64,000 nucleotides of DNA from a virus (lineage: Duplodnaviria; Caudoviricetes). A program made the position numbers and the translations under genes. Position 1 is the first letter of the stretch; each line of letters begins with the position of its first letter. The notes below the pieces were generated by a model. That model did no database searches. It was not told the DNA's origin and saw only the letters and a list, made by a program, of their open reading frames with translations. Location: the IMG/VR virus record IMGVR_UViG_3300030100_000755, positions 19,987 to 83,986 of that record. One strand, written 5' to 3'. Positions 47,950-56,430 of this stretch are shown here, one piece after another.

Positions 47950-47986
47950 AATACTTATAGTGTTAAAAATTACAGAGGAGTGAACT

Positions 47987-48232
47987 ATGAAAACAATCAT
48001 ACACATTAACCAACATAAAATTCGTTCTAATATCAAAGCATCCGCTGAGGATAGAGAACCAGTTATTACTGTTAAAACTTATAAGACTAATACTTACGCG
48101 AATGATGTTGCAATTAAAGATAATGATGGTAATATTATTGCGAGAGTTGTTTACAGTCCTGATAAACCTTTGTCATGTGGCGCGAGAGTGTATCTAATTA
48201 CAGACAGTGATAATGTTGAAATTGAAGATTAA
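47987..48232 (+). CDS. Conserved phage hypothetical protein
   Basis: IHINQHKIRSN...KPLSCGARV pattern. Confidence 0.65.
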   Translation: MKTIIHINQHKIRSNIKASAEDREPVITVKTYKTNTYANDVAIKDNDGNIIARVVYSPDKPLSCGARVYLITDSDNVEIED

Positions 48233-48248
48233 GTAGGAGGAAATAATT

Positions 48249-48692
48249 ATGAAAGTAAATAAAAATAGTTGGCACTATAAAGCACTAACAGGGAAATTCT
48301 TAGGAATTGAAGGGTTATATGAACTTCACGTCAGTAATAGCTTGTGTATTTATTTTTGGCAGGTATTTCTTATGATTTCATGGCGTGGTTTTTTCTGGTT
48401 ACTTCTGTTTCCAATCTTAATTAGTTTTTTATTTGTGATCCCCTTAACATCGTTATTTGCGTGGATTAATACGGGAGTGTTCCTACAAAATGCTATGGGT
48501 TTGGAAATTTTAGCAGCATGGTTGGTTTCTGGTGTATTGACTGGGTTAGGTTACTCCATATATAAAGTGCGGAAGTGGTGGTCAAAAGTTGAATACACCA
48601 AATCTAATAAAGATCCTAACTTGATTATGGAGTACATCAAAGCCAAGAAGCATAAGTTATGCCCTATAATTGAATTTACTGAGGATAAATAA
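48249..48692 (+). CDS. Membrane protein
   Basis: Two TM segments; ends KAKKHKLCPIIEF. Confidence 0.65.
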   Translation: MKVNKNSWHYKALTGKFLGIEGLYELHVSNSLCIYFWQVFLMISWRGFFWLLLFPILISFLFVIPLTSLFAWINTGVFLQNAMGLEILAAWLVSGVLTGLGYSIYKVRKWWSKVEYTKSNKDPNLIMEYIKAKKHKLCPIIEFTEDK

Positions 48693-48693
48693 C

Positions 48694-49083
48694 ATGCTGT
48701 ACAAACTCAAAACATTCATACGTAATGTATGGTTATTCCGTAAAGAACTTGCTGAATTTCAGCCTTGGGATAGTTCATTTAATTACGCCTTGTTAGGTAG
48801 GTCATTTGAATTGTCCGGCTACTGTCACAAGAATCATGGTCATTTAGTTAGGTCAGAATTAACAGCACAAGAATTACATATAGCAGCTACATTGTGTAAA
48901 CGTATTGTTGAGGATGAGTATTATGATATGTACTTTGACTTTGATCTCACTAAACCCTTTGGTCAAATGTCGAGTGTTGAATCTAATATACCAAAACGTG
49001 TTGAGTTCACAAATAAAAGGCAACAGGACGTAGATTATCTATGTCATTTAATAAAACGTAAGTCATTACATTGGTGGGATTAG
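48694..49083 (+). CDS. Hypothetical protein
   Basis: Likely start MLYKLK; ends HWWD. Confidence 0.6.
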   Translation: MLYKLKTFIRNVWLFRKELAEFQPWDSSFNYALLGRSFELSGYCHKNHGHLVRSELTAQELHIAATLCKRIVEDEYYDMYFDFDLTKPFGQMSSVESNIPKRVEFTNKRQQDVDYLCHLIKRKSLHWWD

Positions 49084-49084
49084 T

Positions 49085-49216
49085 ATGGAATTAGAAAGAT
49101 ATTCACATAAACAGTTGCAAGTATTGGTTAAAGATCTATATAATGAAATTGATAACTTGAAAGTGTACGTCAAAGAGTTGGAAGATGAACTAGAACAAAT
49201 TGATAATGGGGAGTGA
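49085..49216 (+). CDS. Small coiled-coil protein (43 aa)
   Basis: Own translation MELERYSHKQLQVLVKDLYNEIDNLK... Confidence 0.5.
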   Translation: MELERYSHKQLQVLVKDLYNEIDNLKVYVKELEDELEQIDNGE

Positions 49217-49222
49217 TGAGAT

Positions 49223-50065
49223 ATGATTACATTAATAGCCGATAATAAAGAAATGCCCGTAGAATGGGTAGAGTTTAGTGATGGTGCGTTGACTTGTAAG
49301 GTAGATGTTGGTGTTGTAGAAACGAAACATAATCTACATTTCAATGTTTGTCCCACTACACCAGTCAAACAGGTTTCAGAAGAGTTGATAGCTGTTATGG
49401 CTGCCTTGTGGGAGTTTGAATTAATTTTAACAGATATTAAATGTGTGCTGCATCTTCCTTACTTACCTTACGGTAGAGCAGATCGAGTATTCGAGGAAGG
49501 TAATCCTAATATGTTACGTTGGTTCTTAAACACAGTAGATGGATTCCTGTTTGACGAAGTGGTTTTAACCGATGTGCATAATCCAGCATCATTAACTAAA
49601 TTACAAACACCTTATCGTGAAATTAACCAAGTATCTTGTTTCCAGTACACTTGTAAACGACACAATGGTTATGTACAAAAATGGGATTATGTGATTGCTC
49701 CCGATAAAGGTGCTAAAGATAAAGCTAAGTCCATTGCAGATATGTTAGGTGTTCCTATAATACAAGCATCGAAAGAGAGAGATATTTCTACAGGTCGTAT
49801 TATTAAGACAGAATTAGATACAACATTGTCTGTAGGAAGTCGTGTAATCATCTGTGACGATATTTTAGATGGTGGTGGTACATTCATCCCTCTTGCAGAA
49901 GAACTACGCTCACAAGGCTGTACAGTTGATTTATATGTAACTCATTTAATTGCTGCAAAAGGGCTTGACATTTTTAAAGGTTTGTTTGATAATATCTACT
50001 GTTACCAGACAGTAGCTAAATATGTTAACAAACAAGACGTAATGAATTTTAATTTAGGAAAGTAA
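49223..50065 (+). CDS. Ribose-phosphate pyrophosphokinase-like protein (candidate Adps of NARP1)
   Basis: PYLPYGRADR, DVH, IAPDKGA, CDDILDGGGTF. Confidence 0.88.
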   Translation: MITLIADNKEMPVEWVEFSDGALTCKVDVGVVETKHNLHFNVCPTTPVKQVSEELIAVMAALWEFELILTDIKCVLHLPYLPYGRADRVFEEGNPNMLRWFLNTVDGFLFDEVVLTDVHNPASLTKLQTPYREINQVSCFQYTCKRHNGYVQKWDYVIAPDKGAKDKAKSIADMLGVPIIQASKERDISTGRIIKTELDTTLSVGSRVIICDDILDGGGTFIPLAEELRSQGCTVDLYVTHLIAAKGLDIFKGLFDNIYCYQTVAKYVNKQDVMNFNLGK

Positions 50066-50075
50066 GGAGAACATT

Positions 50076-51842
50076 ATGACAATTACATTCGGGCCACTAA
50101 ACACAGACGGTTATAAGACGTTCCATAAAGATGCTTATGCTGAAGGTATTACACAAGTTTACTCAAACTTTACCTCGCGTAATGGTCGTCTTAGTAACAT
50201 CCCTACTGAACAATCAGACGGTAAAGTAGTATTCGTTGGGCTACAATATTTCATTAAAGATGAACTACAAAGTAACTGGAATGATTCTTTCTTTAATATC
50301 CCGAAAGAATTTGCGATTAAATATATACAACGCCACCTTACCGCTTATCTTGGTAAAGAATATAATGTAAGTAACTTTGAAGCTTTACACGACTTAGGGT
50401 ATCTCCCTATTGAGATTAAAGCACTACCAGAAGGAGTATCTGTACCATACGGTGTTCCCCCTGTAACGTTCCGTAATACCCACCCTGATTTTGCTTGGTT
50501 GACTAATTACCTAGAGACTATTTTCTCTACACAGAATTGGCCTATCCAAACGTCAGCGACTACAGCTAAACAGTATCTACGTAACATCACTAATAGTTTT
50601 AAACGTACTGGTGGTGATATGAACATGATACCGTTTATGTGTCACGATTTCAGTTTTCGTGGGATGTTTGGTAAAGAAGCCGCTATGATGAGTGGTTTTG
50701 GTCACTTAGCTGCTGGCAACTGCGGTACTGATACTATCCCTGCTATTATCTTTGCAGAAGAATACTACAACGCGAATGTAGAAAAAGAACTAGTAGGTGT
50801 ATCAGTTCCAGCTACAGAGCATTCTACTACAACTAGTTATATTATGGGTATGGTAGAACGAGAAGGTATTAGTAAACTAGAGGCAGAAGTTAAGTATGTA
50901 GAATACTTATTTGATAAAGTCCCTACTGGTATTCTATCTCATGTATCAGATAGTTTTGATTTCTTCAAGTTTGTAACTGAAGGTCTACCTCTTTTAAAAG
51001 ATAAGATTCTAGCACGAGACGGTACATTTGTTATTCGCCCTGATAGTGGAGATCCTGTAGATATTCTTTGTGGTATTAATAGTAATTTTAAAGAAGTCGA
51101 TCCTGATTATTATTTTGGCTCTAGTTTCGATGATTGGAAAAAAGCTGTTGCAGAGGAGATGGATGAAATTTTCAGACGCAACCTAGAAGCGACAAATCCA
51201 CATAGTAGAGAGACACATGTTTGGAAAGGTGAATATGGTGTATACGAAGTTACTTATGAGCCAGAACTTAATCGACACGATAAGACTTACTACTACGTAG
51301 ATAACTGGGATTCAACAGTATCTTACTGTGAGTTCAAACAAATAGAAGAAACACCAGAATCTAAAGGTCTTATCGAATTACTATGGAATATGTTCGGTGG
51401 TGTAGAGACAGAACAAGGTTATAAATTACTAGACTCTCATGTTGGTGCTATCTACGGAGACTCTATCACTCTAGAACGTCAAGCTGAAATTATTAAGCGT
51501 CTAGAAGCTAAAGGTTTTGTTCCTAACGTAGTGCTTGGTGTAGGCTCATATTCTTACCAATATGTAACTCGTGATACACATGGTAGTGCAGTGAAGGCAA
51601 CATCAGTGGTGTGGGATGGAGACCAAGTAGATGTGTGTAAAGACCCTGCTACAGACTCTAAAAAGAAGTCAGCGAAAGGTCTGTTACGTGTAGAACTTGA
51701 AGATGGTGAATACGTGCTTTATGACCGACAAACACCTGAGCAAGAAGAACAAGGTGAGTTACAAACAGTATTCAAAGATGGTGAATTACTTATAGAACAT
51801 TCTTTAGAGGATATTCGTCAGCGAGTTAAGGCTTCAATTTAA
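50076..51842 (+). CDS. Nicotinamide phosphoribosyltransferase-like protein (candidate Namat of NARP1)
   Basis: TDGYK..H, HDFSFRG, VPATEHS, VIRPDSGDP, IYGDSIT, KDPATD. Confidence 0.92.
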   Translation: MTITFGPLNTDGYKTFHKDAYAEGITQVYSNFTSRNGRLSNIPTEQSDGKVVFVGLQYFIKDELQSNWNDSFFNIPKEFAIKYIQRHLTAYLGKEYNVSNFEALHDLGYLPIEIKALPEGVSVPYGVPPVTFRNTHPDFAWLTNYLETIFSTQNWPIQTSATTAKQYLRNITNSFKRTGGDMNMIPFMCHDFSFRGMFGKEAAMMSGFGHLAAGNCGTDTIPAIIFAEEYYNANVEKELVGVSVPATEHSTTTSYIMGMVEREGISKLEAEVKYVEYLFDKVPTGILSHVSDSFDFFKFVTEGLPLLKDKILARDGTFVIRPDSGDPVDILCGINSNFKEVDPDYYFGSSFDDWKKAVAEEMDEIFRRNLEATNPHSRETHVWKGEYGVYEVTYEPELNRHDKTYYYVDNWDSTVSYCEFKQIEETPESKGLIELLWNMFGGVETEQGYKLLDSHVGAIYGDSITLERQAEIIKRLEAKGFVPNVVLGVGSYSYQYVTRDTHGSAVKATSVVWDGDQVDVCKDPATDSKKKSAKGLLRVELEDGEYVLYDRQTPEQEEQGELQTVFKDGELLIEHSLEDIRQRVKASI

Positions 51843-51854
51843 TTTAACTATCAG

Positions 51855-51885
51855 AAACCCGACCTTATCAATCGGGTTTATTTTT
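51855..51885 (+). terminator. Intrinsic terminator
   Basis: AACCCGA...TCGGGTT followed by TATTTTT. Confidence 0.65.
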
Positions 51886-52030
51886 ATGAGGAGTGATATG
51901 AACACTATGAACTACAAACACATTGCATTAGGTACATTAATCATAGCTACAATATTAGGAATATGCGTTGTTGGTATATTAATCGCCATAATTATGTTAT
52001 TTATGTGATGATAATTGGTCACATATTAAA

Positions 52031-52585
52031 ATGTTACAGTATTTTGATAGGAGGGATTTGATGTACCTTGAACGAGTCATAAGGTTTGCTTGTGATGCAC
52101 ATATAGGGCAAAAACGTAAATATACAAATGAGCCTTATGTGATACACCCAATGAATGTGTGCAAATTATTACGCCAACATTATCCAGATGCAACTAGAGC
52201 AATGGTCTATGCTGCTATCTTACATGACACAGTAGAAGATACACACGTTACGCTAGGCGATATTGCTGATGAATTTGGCTACGATGTTATGGAATTAGTT
52301 GAATGGCTCACAGACATATCAGTGAAATCTGATGGTAATCGAGCAAAACGTAAAGCCATTGATAGACAGCATATTAGTGAAGCACCATTTGAAGCGCAAT
52401 TAATTAAAGTTGCAGATATTATGGATAATACAAAAGATATTGTTGACAATGATGAGAACTTTGCTAAAGTGTATTTAAACGAGGTTAGACAGACACTAGA
52501 TGTAATGAAACCTGATGTTAAAGAACAGGAATTGTGGTGTTTAACCAGTCAACAAATTGATGATGGAATGAGGAGATTGGTATGA
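52031..52585 (+). CDS. HD-domain hydrolase, SpoT/Mesh1-like (small alarmone hydrolase-like)
   Basis: AH.GQKRK...EPYVIHP, AILHDTVED, LIKVADIMDN. Confidence 0.85.
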   Translation: MLQYFDRRDLMYLERVIRFACDAHIGQKRKYTNEPYVIHPMNVCKLLRQHYPDATRAMVYAAILHDTVEDTHVTLGDIADEFGYDVMELVEWLTDISVKSDGNRAKRKAIDRQHISEAPFEAQLIKVADIMDNTKDIVDNDENFAKVYLNEVRQTLDVMKPDVKEQELWCLTSQQIDDGMRRLV

Positions 52586-52773
52586 AAGAAATACAACTCG
52601 GTGACAGAGTAGCACTCCCTAATCACCCGTTCTTATCTAATGGTTATGTTAAGCGAATTTATAATGACTTAAATATGTACGTAATTAAACTTGACGATAT
52701 GTCTGATCCAAGATACGCTTACAATACAGATGAAGTAATTATGAACAGAAATGATTTGGAGGTAATATTATGA
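52582..52773 (+). CDS. Hypothetical protein
   Basis: ATGA-coupled. Confidence 0.55.
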   Translation: MKEIQLGDRVALPNHPFLSNGYVKRIYNDLNMYVIKLDDMSDPRYAYNTDEVIMNRNDLEVIL

Positions 52774-53108
52774 CAATTAACAGTAACGCACAAAAATGGG
52801 TGGATGCTTTACGTAGTGGTGAATATAAGCAAGGTGTTGGTCAGTTGTATAATCAAGACCTAGATAAATACTGCTGCCTTGGTGTTGCTTGTAAAGTTTA
52901 TGAGAAAGAGACGGGTTATAACTTAGGTGTTGATAGTGGTGGTACGCTAATTCGTTATCTTCAAGTAAAAGATTGGCTCTCTTTGAGAACAATTTGTGGG
53001 GATTATATTAATAATTCATTGGTAAATTTAAATGATGGTGACGAGTTATCCTTCAGTGAAATTGCTGATGTTATTGAATCAAATCCAGAGGGTTTATTTT
53101 ATGACTAA
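52770..53108 (+). CDS. Conserved phage hypothetical protein
   Basis: KWVDALRSGEYKQG...YCCLGVAC...LND...SF.EIAD pattern. Confidence 0.7.
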   Translation: MTINSNAQKWVDALRSGEYKQGVGQLYNQDLDKYCCLGVACKVYEKETGYNLGVDSGGTLIRYLQVKDWLSLRTICGDYINNSLVNLNDGDELSFSEIADVIESNPEGLFYD

Positions 53109-53280
53109 TACCACTAAGAAATTACTACAACCATTACAGGCAAAGAAAGCACATCTGAGTGACTACATTAAAGATTTACAAGCAGAATTAAAGAGTGCTA
53201 AGATTGAGCTAGATGAAGTTAACACTACCATCAACAAATTAAATGATAGTGATCAAATGATATTAGATTTAGGAGAATAG
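53101..53280 (+). CDS. Small coiled-coil protein
   Basis: Likely start ATG 53101. Confidence 0.55.
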   Translation: MTNTTKKLLQPLQAKKAHLSDYIKDLQAELKSAKIELDEVNTTINKLNDSDQMILDLGE

Positions 53281-53282
53281 CT

Positions 53283-53660
53283 ATGAATAATCAAGAATTT
53301 AAGCAATCTGTTAGTGGTGCTATTGATAAGCTGGAAAAACAAGGTAAGGTTAGCGTTCGATTTACCGAAAACGGTAATGACGGTTGCTTTTATTATGATG
53401 AGAAAAATAACACGTGTTGTATTGTTGGTATGATGATGCCGAATAATGATGTTCGTAAAGAAGCCGATGATAATGAATTTGGTTCTGGTATTATATACAT
53501 GTATAAGTATGGTTCTATTGAATGGGCTCAGCAATTTACATTACAGCAAGTGAATTTCCTCGCTAAACTACAACGATTACATGATGCTTTTGAGCTAGGT
53601 GACTCATTTTCTGATCTAATTAGTAGTATGAGAAAAGAGTTGGAAACTTATGACCAGTAA
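53283..53660 (+). CDS. Hypothetical protein
   Basis: GCFY...CCIVG...LQRLHD pattern. Confidence 0.6.
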   Translation: MNNQEFKQSVSGAIDKLEKQGKVSVRFTENGNDGCFYYDEKNNTCCIVGMMMPNNDVRKEADDNEFGSGIIYMYKYGSIEWAQQFTLQQVNFLAKLQRLHDAFELGDSFSDLISSMRKELETYDQ

Positions 53661-53780
53661 TTATTGGCGTGGTTATCGCAAAGGGTATTATGTCGGTATG
53701 ATTTGGGGTGCTTTATCTACTATTGTGCTATACACGCTATTATTACTGTATTATTCTGGTGTTATTTATACGTTTTAATG

Positions 53781-53809
53781 TTGACACAGTGAATATTATC
53801 GTCTAAGAT
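53781..53809 (+). promoter_or_regulatory. Sigma70-type promoter TTGACA-N17-TAAGAT
   Basis: Near-consensus. Confidence 0.65.
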
Positions 53810-53841
53810 ATAATGACATTAACAAATGAGGAAGAAATATT

Positions 53842-54363
53842 ATGAAAATTGAAAAAGGTAATTACATTCGCGCAGCAGAGTTTAGCAATGAAGAAATTGA
53901 CGTATTTATTGGTCTCACTGGTATTGATGTAAATGATTCAGATAATGATAGCGAGGCGTTTGAAGGTTGGGAAAGTTATGGTCTTGATACTGATGGTGAT
54001 TTAGCTAATTGGAATAATCCCGAATACTTTGGTAATTGTTGCACTCATCACAAAGACATTACGCAAGAATTTCGTTATTATATTGACACGTTGAGTGTTG
54101 AAAAGAAAGATGATGATGAGTGGACACATACTTATAGCGATTGTGGGGTGAGGAAGGATTGTATTTTAATTCATTATAAACCTGATATAAATGGTCAGGT
54201 ATTAGTCCTGAATAGATACGGTGAATATGTATTGACTGGTACTGTTAAATTAAAACCCATCAAGCAGACGATAAAACCAAGTGCAGCATGGTCGCTAGTA
54301 TCTGGGCAAGTATTGTCTATACACGAATTTAATGAGAAATATGACGTAGTTGGAAAAGACTAA
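53842..54363 (+). CDS. Hypothetical protein
   Basis: GAGGAAG SD; acidic ORF. Confidence 0.65.
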   Translation: MKIEKGNYIRAAEFSNEEIDVFIGLTGIDVNDSDNDSEAFEGWESYGLDTDGDLANWNNPEYFGNCCTHHKDITQEFRYYIDTLSVEKKDDDEWTHTYSDCGVRKDCILIHYKPDINGQVLVLNRYGEYVLTGTVKLKPIKQTIKPSAAWSLVSGQVLSIHEFNEKYDVVGKD

Positions 54364-54424
54364 CTGGTCAGAGTTGTTAAGTGATTGGTTAGGGTGTAAG
54401 GTTTAAACGTCCCTAGCAATAGGG

Positions 54425-54516
54425 CGTTTTGGGAATGACTCTATAAGTGGAGTGGATGGGTTAACTAACTAGTCAATGGTTGCCCGGCGGACATACCGTG
54501 AGTCATTCCCAAAGCG
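54425..54516 (+). ncRNA. Structured RNA 2 (17-bp closing stem, cloverleaf-like interior)
   Basis: CGTTTTGGGAATGACTC pairs with GAGTCATTCCCAAAGCG; internal GGGTTAAC/GTTGCCC and GCGG/CCGT hairpins. Confidence 0.55.
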
Positions 54517-54534
54517 AACAAAGGAGATTGAAAA

Positions 54535-54936
54535 GTGAGTAAAAGTTTAAAACAAATGGCATACGATACGATAGAGGCGCATCAAGAAACCATAGCTGAT
54601 CTACGCAATCAATTAGCAAAGGCTAATGAGCGTGTGAGGGAGTGCCATAAAGAGCTTGTTAACAGGCATGATCAAATACAAGAACTGAGACAAGAAAATG
54701 GAGAATACGCAATTCTTATTGCGAATTTAGTTAGACGTGCCGACGTTAAAACCGATTTACTGCAAAACCCTAAATTTGAAAAAGCTAGCGTACAGTTAAA
54801 CAAATTCGCCATAGAAAAGAGTATTGAGGGCGTTCAGAGAGTTTTAGATTGTGGAGAATTAAACCTTTCTCAAGGAGACATTGACACGATTAGGCTAATT
54901 CGAGAACAACTACGCAAGGAGCAATCCAATGACTAA
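54535..54936 (+). CDS. Mosaic coiled-coil hypothetical protein
   Basis: Contains LAKANERV, NKFAIEK and EQLRKEQ blocks shared with neighbouring genes. Confidence 0.65.
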   Translation: MSKSLKQMAYDTIEAHQETIADLRNQLAKANERVRECHKELVNRHDQIQELRQENGEYAILIANLVRRADVKTDLLQNPKFEKASVQLNKFAIEKSIEGVQRVLDCGELNLSQGDIDTIRLIREQLRKEQSND

Positions 54937-55204
54937 AAAACACACAGGCTATTACGCATACATGCCGGACTCGCATGAAGAGGATGCTAGTTTAGAGATG
55001 GTTGATTTTGAGGAATTCGCAAAAACTACGGTTAGCCAAGAAAGCCAGCAAGAAACAAAAGAGTCACTGGAAGATGTAATGAAAGCGCTGGAGGTAGTAC
55101 AAGCGTTTGCAATTCGTCATTGGAAGCCTTGCCTTAGAGACTGCTGCGGAGATGCTATTGATGATGTTGAGGAAATGTTAGAACAACTACGCAAGGAGCA
55201 ATAG
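54929..55204 (+). CDS. Hypothetical protein
   Basis: Ends EQLRKEQ. Confidence 0.6.
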   Translation: MTKKHTGYYAYMPDSHEEDASLEMVDFEEFAKTTVSQESQQETKESLEDVMKALEVVQAFAIRHWKPCLRDCCGDAIDDVEEMLEQLRKEQ

Positions 55205-55370
55205 TAAGAATGACCAACGTCACGCCGCATTCAAATGTGGTGACGAATATAATTACATTGTTGAAGCCATGGATACTGAGATAACCGACCGTGCGTTTCA
55301 GCAATACGTTTACGAGCAACGCTACCTAACAAAAACCGTTGCAACAAAATGGAGCATTGAAGAACAATGA
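55201..55370 (+). pseudogene. 56-codon ORF missing its start codon (AT-AGT instead of ATG AGT)
   Basis: Restoring one G gives an ATGA-coupled MSKNDQRHAAFKCG...EEQ* that abuts the next ATG. Confidence 0.5.
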
Positions 55371-55828
55371 ACAAACAACAGTTACTAGAACTCGTGGTTA
55401 GACCGACACTTGCAGAAATCCCGAACGGTCCATCTGGTGAAACGGCGATTATGATGATTATAGCGCATGAGTCACGACGTGGTGAATTCCTTAAACAATG
55501 GCCAAAAGGTCCAGCGTGGGGATTGATTCAAATGGAAGTAGCGACACACGACGACACGTGGTTACACGGCGACTCTATATGGAAGAATGCGGTTAAGTTG
55601 GGGATTATTGATATTAAATCTAACTCTAACAGAGTACACCCACACCACTGTCGTCTAGCGTGGGATTTACGTTACAACGTATTTATGGCACGTCAACGAC
55701 TGTTCATGAAACCTGGCGCTTTACCCACCGACTTAGCACGACTGTCACGCTACCTTAAAAAGCACTGGAACAGTGTCGGTGGCGCAGCGTCTGAAACGTC
55801 GTATATGGACGATTACCTCAAATGGTAG
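55367..55828 (+). CDS. Lysozyme-like / lytic transglycosylase-like protein
   Basis: IIAHES (candidate catalytic Glu), GPAWGLIQME..THDD, YLKKHWN. Confidence 0.6.
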   Translation: MNKQQLLELVVRPTLAEIPNGPSGETAIMMIIAHESRRGEFLKQWPKGPAWGLIQMEVATHDDTWLHGDSIWKNAVKLGIIDIKSNSNRVHPHHCRLAWDLRYNVFMARQRLFMKPGALPTDLARLSRYLKKHWNSVGGAASETSYMDDYLKW

Positions 55829-56040
55829 GGTTAACGTTAAGCGAGTATTTCGCCAACAAACCCACGCTGTCACTGAAACAACGACGCGTTAAAGTTTGTT
55901 GGGTGTTGAATAACGCTAAACTTTACCCGTCCAATAAGACCGTAGCACACCGCACAGGTCTAACAGTAAACCAAGTTGAATATGTGTTCCGCACTTTCCC
56001 CGAAGTGCGAGAAATGAGAAGGAGACTGAAACGTTCCTAG
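55822..56040 (+). CDS. Small basic HTH-like protein
   Basis: SNKTVAHRTGLTVNQVEYV. Confidence 0.5.
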   Translation: MVGLTLSEYFANKPTLSLKQRRVKVCWVLNNAKLYPSNKTVAHRTGLTVNQVEYVFRTFPEVREMRRRLKRS

Positions 56041-56056
56041 TAATAGGGCGTTTTGG

Positions 56057-56173
56057 GAATGGCTGTAGCTCAGTGTGGATGTTCTGCATATCAGCAGGGC
56101 TAGCGCAACCACTAGGAAGGAGCGCATGTTGCGGCATGAGGTCGCAGGTTCAAATCCTGCCAGCCATTCACCA
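56057..56173 (+). ncRNA. tRNA-derived RNA 3 with expanded D arm, defective anticodon loop and 3' ACCA
   Basis: TAGCTCAG A-box, GAGC, AGGTC, T arm GCAGG-TTCAAAT-CCTGC, 9-bp acceptor stem, ACCA. Confidence 0.75.
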
Positions 56174-56196
56174 AAGCGAACAAAGGAGATTAAGAA

Positions 56197-56430
56197 ATGT
56201 GTGAATTAGAAAGAGATATAAGCGAATTGGATAGCCTACGCACACAACTAGCAAAGGCTAATGAGCGTGCAAGGGAGTTGGAAAATTCTAATGCAAGAAT
56301 GCTGCATGAGGTCGCCAACCAGTATGATGGAAATGATTCAACAGAGTGGTCTATTGGTGCAAATCATGTTTTCAGGCTATTTGCTAAATGGATTAGCAAG
56401 AACGAACAACTACGAAAGGAGCAAGAGTGA
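56197..56430 (+). CDS. Mosaic hypothetical protein
   Basis: LAKANER and EQLRKEQE blocks. Confidence 0.6.
   Translation: MCELERDISELDSLRTQLAKANERARELENSNARMLHEVANQYDGNDSTEWSIGANHVFRLFAKWISKNEQLRKEQE

Noticed and set aside
56057-56173. tmRNA, tRNA-Sec or a functional tRNA-Ala(TGC)
   Set aside because: Too short and no tag ORF for tmRNA; no UCA anticodon or long variable arm for Sec; the loop is 6 nt and there is no G3:U70 pair for Ala.
54400-56200. Integron (attC cassettes) or att-site-bounded integrated element
   Set aside because: No integrase/IntI, and the repeats lack GTTRRRY/RYYYAAC cores; retained only as a microhomology-cassette hypothesis.
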